From positions 9,920,001 to 9,984,000 of the forward strand of contig JBHGNT010000005.1 in NCBI GenBank assembly GCA_043228905.1: a stretch of 64,000 nucleotides of DNA, given 5' to 3'. The DNA is from Azolla caroliniana (lineage: Eukaryota > Plantae > Polypodiophyta). The translations under genes were made by a program, and so were the position numbers. The stretch's first letter is position 1. The number at the start of each line of letters is the position of its first letter. A model generated the notes under the pieces. That model did no database searches, was not told where the DNA came from, and saw only the letters and a list, made by a program, of their open reading frames with translations. Of this stretch, positions 60,396 to 64,000 are shown piece by piece.

Positions 60396-62014
60396 TGGTT
60401 CTTCACACACAATATGAAAATAATGAAATAATTATTTTATATTAGCTTAATGTCTTGGTATAAAAAGATGGACATCTTCAAGAGCTTCAAAATGCAATTT
60501 ACTACATATAAAATGGACAACTACATATCAAGTTATGTTAATATGAAGTTTGACAATATAAGCAAAACATAATTGTGAAATATCCCACATAGATATAAAA
60601 CTTTTGGATCTAGCACTATATAAGTAGATCGAGAACCATTAGTTTATATCTATGTGTTAAGAGTACAAAAGGAATGGTTGAACTTGGGCTACACTATCCA
60701 AATGGACACATGATGTGGCTTAACTACATGTACAGCAAAAGCCGAAAATCGAAAGGAGGGCCGTAGATTTTCTATAAAATGGATAAGAGTAGTATTCAAG
60801 TGCTCGGAGAGGACCTCACTGAGGAGGTCCACGCTTTGGCTCAGACGCATACCACAACGATCGGAACCTTCCTTGAGGAATTCAACGATGATCAACTCCT
60901 CCTCGCCATTGAAGCAAATAGGTACGAATGTGAGCGCCTCTAGGTTGAGAAGGAAGAACTGGCCTCTACAACAGCAACAACAGAAGTTCTGCCCGAAAGT
61001 TCAACACAAGCGCCAAAAGAGGAAGATGGATGCATCCCGAAAAGAAGCACGAGTTGATTCCCAATCAGGACAATGAGTCGTTGCAAGAGGAGATGACCAA
61101 ACAAGACAAAGAGCCAAAGCAGGAAGAAGCACCTCAACAAGATGTTGCCCCGAAAACCATTCCAGCGAATGTAGAGCAAGAACAAATGTCTGATCTTTCA
61201 GCCGATCTCAAACTGACAGGGTAAAGAGCCTAAGGAAGAGGATATATATCTAGCACACAGAAGAAGTCCCACACTAGGACGAACCAACACAAGCGACAAT
61301 CCCAGAAAAGGAAGAACAAAGTCAAATAGTTGATCTCTCCGCTGACCTAAAACCGAATGAGTCAGAGTAGACGGAAGGCATCATGTCGATTTTGGAGGAA
61401 GAATAATGTACCATAGAATCTTTTTAAATTCATTCGATTTTTTTGGATTGCCCTATGTACACAATTTTAATTTTTTTGAGCCTCGCATTTTTGGAATAAT
61501 TTTAGGGTTAGACATGCAAGGCACTATCCTATGGGCGTGCCAGGTGTTATTCATGGAACAAAAGGAACGAGGTATGAAAATGATCATAAAGGAAAACTGT
61601 GAAAGCAGAAGCTAGAACAACTTAGGGTGAAAAGGTGAAAAGAGTTGGGTATCACGACACATTGACATCAAATACATAGTTAGTGAGGATTGAACCTACA
61701 ACCTCACATCTACAAGACATCATGCCTAACCATTTCGATATGAGCATGTAGTTGTGTATTCTAGCAAATATTACATTCCAGAATATTCTAGAGCCTTTAG
61801 TATATTAGATAGAAAAATTCTATGGCGTATTATAGACAGGTATATTCTAGAGATATTCAATCTTAGAACTTGTATAAATATTGGTAACCTCCATGGTCCC
61901 TTTCAAGGGATTTAACACCAGTCATTGACACATCAATCTAGTATTCTCGTTTCGCCTCATCTTTGTCTCCTTGATCTTTATGTTTGTCTTCATGCCCTCA
62001 TGTCGCTCACAACA
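60396..62014 (+). mobile_element. 3' end of an LTR element: unknown ORF remnant, CCA-hairpin motif, LTR from 61545
   Basis: ORF remnant homologous to 29208 onward; motif at 61520-61542 followed by GG-TGTTA; TATAAATA at about 61874; boundaries approximate. Confidence 0.62.
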
Positions 62015-62413
62015 TCTAGAGTTCCTAGCCTCGTCACTTCTAGCTCCAAGTTTATCCGTCACTCCTAGCCCCATCATCTGGGCTCCGTCCTAGTCTACTC
62101 CTGTTGAGGGGGAAAGTAACCGAAATACAAGCAGCCGAGAATAGAGGTCAAGGATAAGGAGGGCGTAGTTGAAGCACGCCAAGAGGAGAGGAAGCTATAT
62201 AAATCGTGAAGTGAAGGAAGCACAGGCGGATAGAGATACCTATTCTGAGCCAGAGTGACTAAGGCCTAATCCTAGGATTGTATTGAGTGAGTGAGCAATA
62301 CGATTATACTTGGTTTTGTATCATCATTATATTCTCTGTTAAATAGTCAATTACCTATACTTTTTCATTCAATCTTTGTGCCTGTCTCGTTTAAATTCTA
62401 TTTCTATTTTCTG

Positions 62414-62984
62414 TGTTGTTTGTGGTAAGTCGTGGTTCTGAATCGGTTGTAGCCAATTCTCGGAGTGTCCATAGCAAAAGTGTTAATGTTAACGTGCGGA
62501 AGCGTTAGACAGAGCCGGCTCAGCCGGATAGCAACAGAGAATAAGATGAAGGTTTAATGGAGAAGCTTAATACACAGAGAGTATACGCGGGAGAGATAGA
62601 GAGAGAGAGAGATGTTGTTTGTGGTAAGTCATGGTTCCGAATCGGTTGAAGCCAATTCTCGAAGTGTCCATAGCAAAAGTGTTAATGTTAACGTGCGGAA
62701 GCGTTAGACAGAGCCGGCTCAGCCGGATAGTAGCAAAGAATAAGATGAAGGTTTAATGGAGAAGCTTAATACACAGAGAGTATATGCAGGAGATATAGAG
62801 AGAGAGAGATGTTGTTTGTGGTAAGTCGTGGTTCCGAATCGGTTGTAGCCAATTCTCGGAGTGTCCATAGCAAAAGTGTTAATGTTAACGTGCGGAAGCG
62901 TTAGACAGAGCCGCCTCAGCCGGATAGGAACAGAGAATAAGATGAAGGTTTAATGGAGAAGCTTAATACACAGAGAGTATACGC

Positions 62985-63020
<36 letters not shown>
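62414..63020. repeat. Three tandem copies (about 198 bp) of an LTR terminus
   Basis: TGTTGTTTGTGGTAAGTC at 62414, 62613 and 62810, each ending in (GA)n. Confidence 0.95.
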
Positions 63021-63026
<6 letters not shown>

Positions 63027-64000
63027 AGAACATAAACTCAATTCAAAATATCACTCTGAAACTCTGTACATACAACGTGCTAAACAACACTATTTATACA
63101 AGTCCTCAAAAGGAATGAGAGAAGTACTATATACTTCAATGCTCATACGAGAGACAAACACTAACTACGAGACAATGATTACCTAGTAGTCCAGACTACT
63201 ACTAGGGTTCCGGTTCGCACTCGAATCCGGCTCTCCAATCCGTCTCCCCGATCCGGCCGGTTGTTTCCGGATGCCGATCCGCCTCAAGCTTATTCAGCCG
63301 ATCCGGATTCGGTTGAGCTTGCTCGCTCAACACTCCCCCTCAATCTCAACTTGAGGTCGGATCGTGGTGTTAGTGTCTATGGCAGCCGGTTCTTCTACTC
63401 GGCTCCTTCTGGCGTTGCTCCGCCTTGCTCGCGCTCCTCGTCCGGTCCGGTCATGTTTGCCGCGACCCTTCTAGTTCTACGCACCTCGACCTCCTCGGTC
63501 GGCTTGTCAACTCAACATGCCCATTTCAGTTCCCTCGTTGCTGTGACTCCCTGCATCCATGTTCGCTTGGCCTTTAGTTGATCCGGCTCCTCCGTATCCA
63601 ACTGTTGAAGCGAATAGGTTGTCTCTGATTCGTTCCCACTCTTGTCCGAGTCGTTGTTCTCCAACTTGTCTTCCGGTTTCAGGCCCTTTACCACATCAGA
63701 CCATGTCCGGGTCTTGGCCTTCTCCTTCCGGTCGGCTCTATCCTTCTTGACTCTGCCGCTCGTTCCGACTTGTTTGGACGTGCCGACTTCCTTCGTCAAC
63801 TCAGCTTCCTTTTTCGGCTTATCTCCCCCCTTGGTTCTTCCTTCCTCTCTGGCTCCTTGTCTGGTGCCATTCATTCCCATTCTTGTTCTCTGTTAGGAAA
63901 CAGGTTCCTCCGGATGGGAAGTGAGAAGAATAGTACTGATGAGCAAACTCGGCCGAGGCCGATAGGCCGAGGTCGAAACCGGATGTGGAGTACCCGGCTA
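62810..64000 (-). mobile_element. Copia-type 3' LTR (62810-63332), PPT and 3' internal region
   Basis: LTR similar to 52944-53361; PPT CTCCCCCTCAA at 63333-63343. Confidence 0.8.

Overview
Eukaryotic, gene-free, heavily nested transposon DNA, most likely from a non-seed land plant (moss, liverwort, lycophyte or fern). That assignment is an inference from the Tcn1-like chromovirus, Sola-type transposons and plant-type tRNA primer sites. No intact host gene, rRNA, true tRNA or CRISPR array was found. The window holds about 15 LTR-retrotransposon copies or fragments (Ty1/copia, chromovirus Ty3/gypsy, and a tRNA-Trp-primed gypsy lineage with a 4-bp TSD), two Sola2-like DNA transposons, a Sola2-type MITE and a hAT derivative. 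Almost all coding regions are decayed. Most unusual: (1) three LTR elements carry, where the polypurine tract should be, a conserved CCA-ending hairpin resembling a tRNA-Arg 3' end, and two of them share an unknown 3' ORF; (2) a TIR/TSD-complete Sola2-like element carries a convergent second gene with a RING-H2 exon, plus a perfectly phased 13 x 146-bp satellite inside a predicted transposase intron; (3) a Tf1-type self-priming signature; (4) tRNA-like Pol III relics in LTRs and a UTR. Lineage names come from motif recognition by eye, not database searches.
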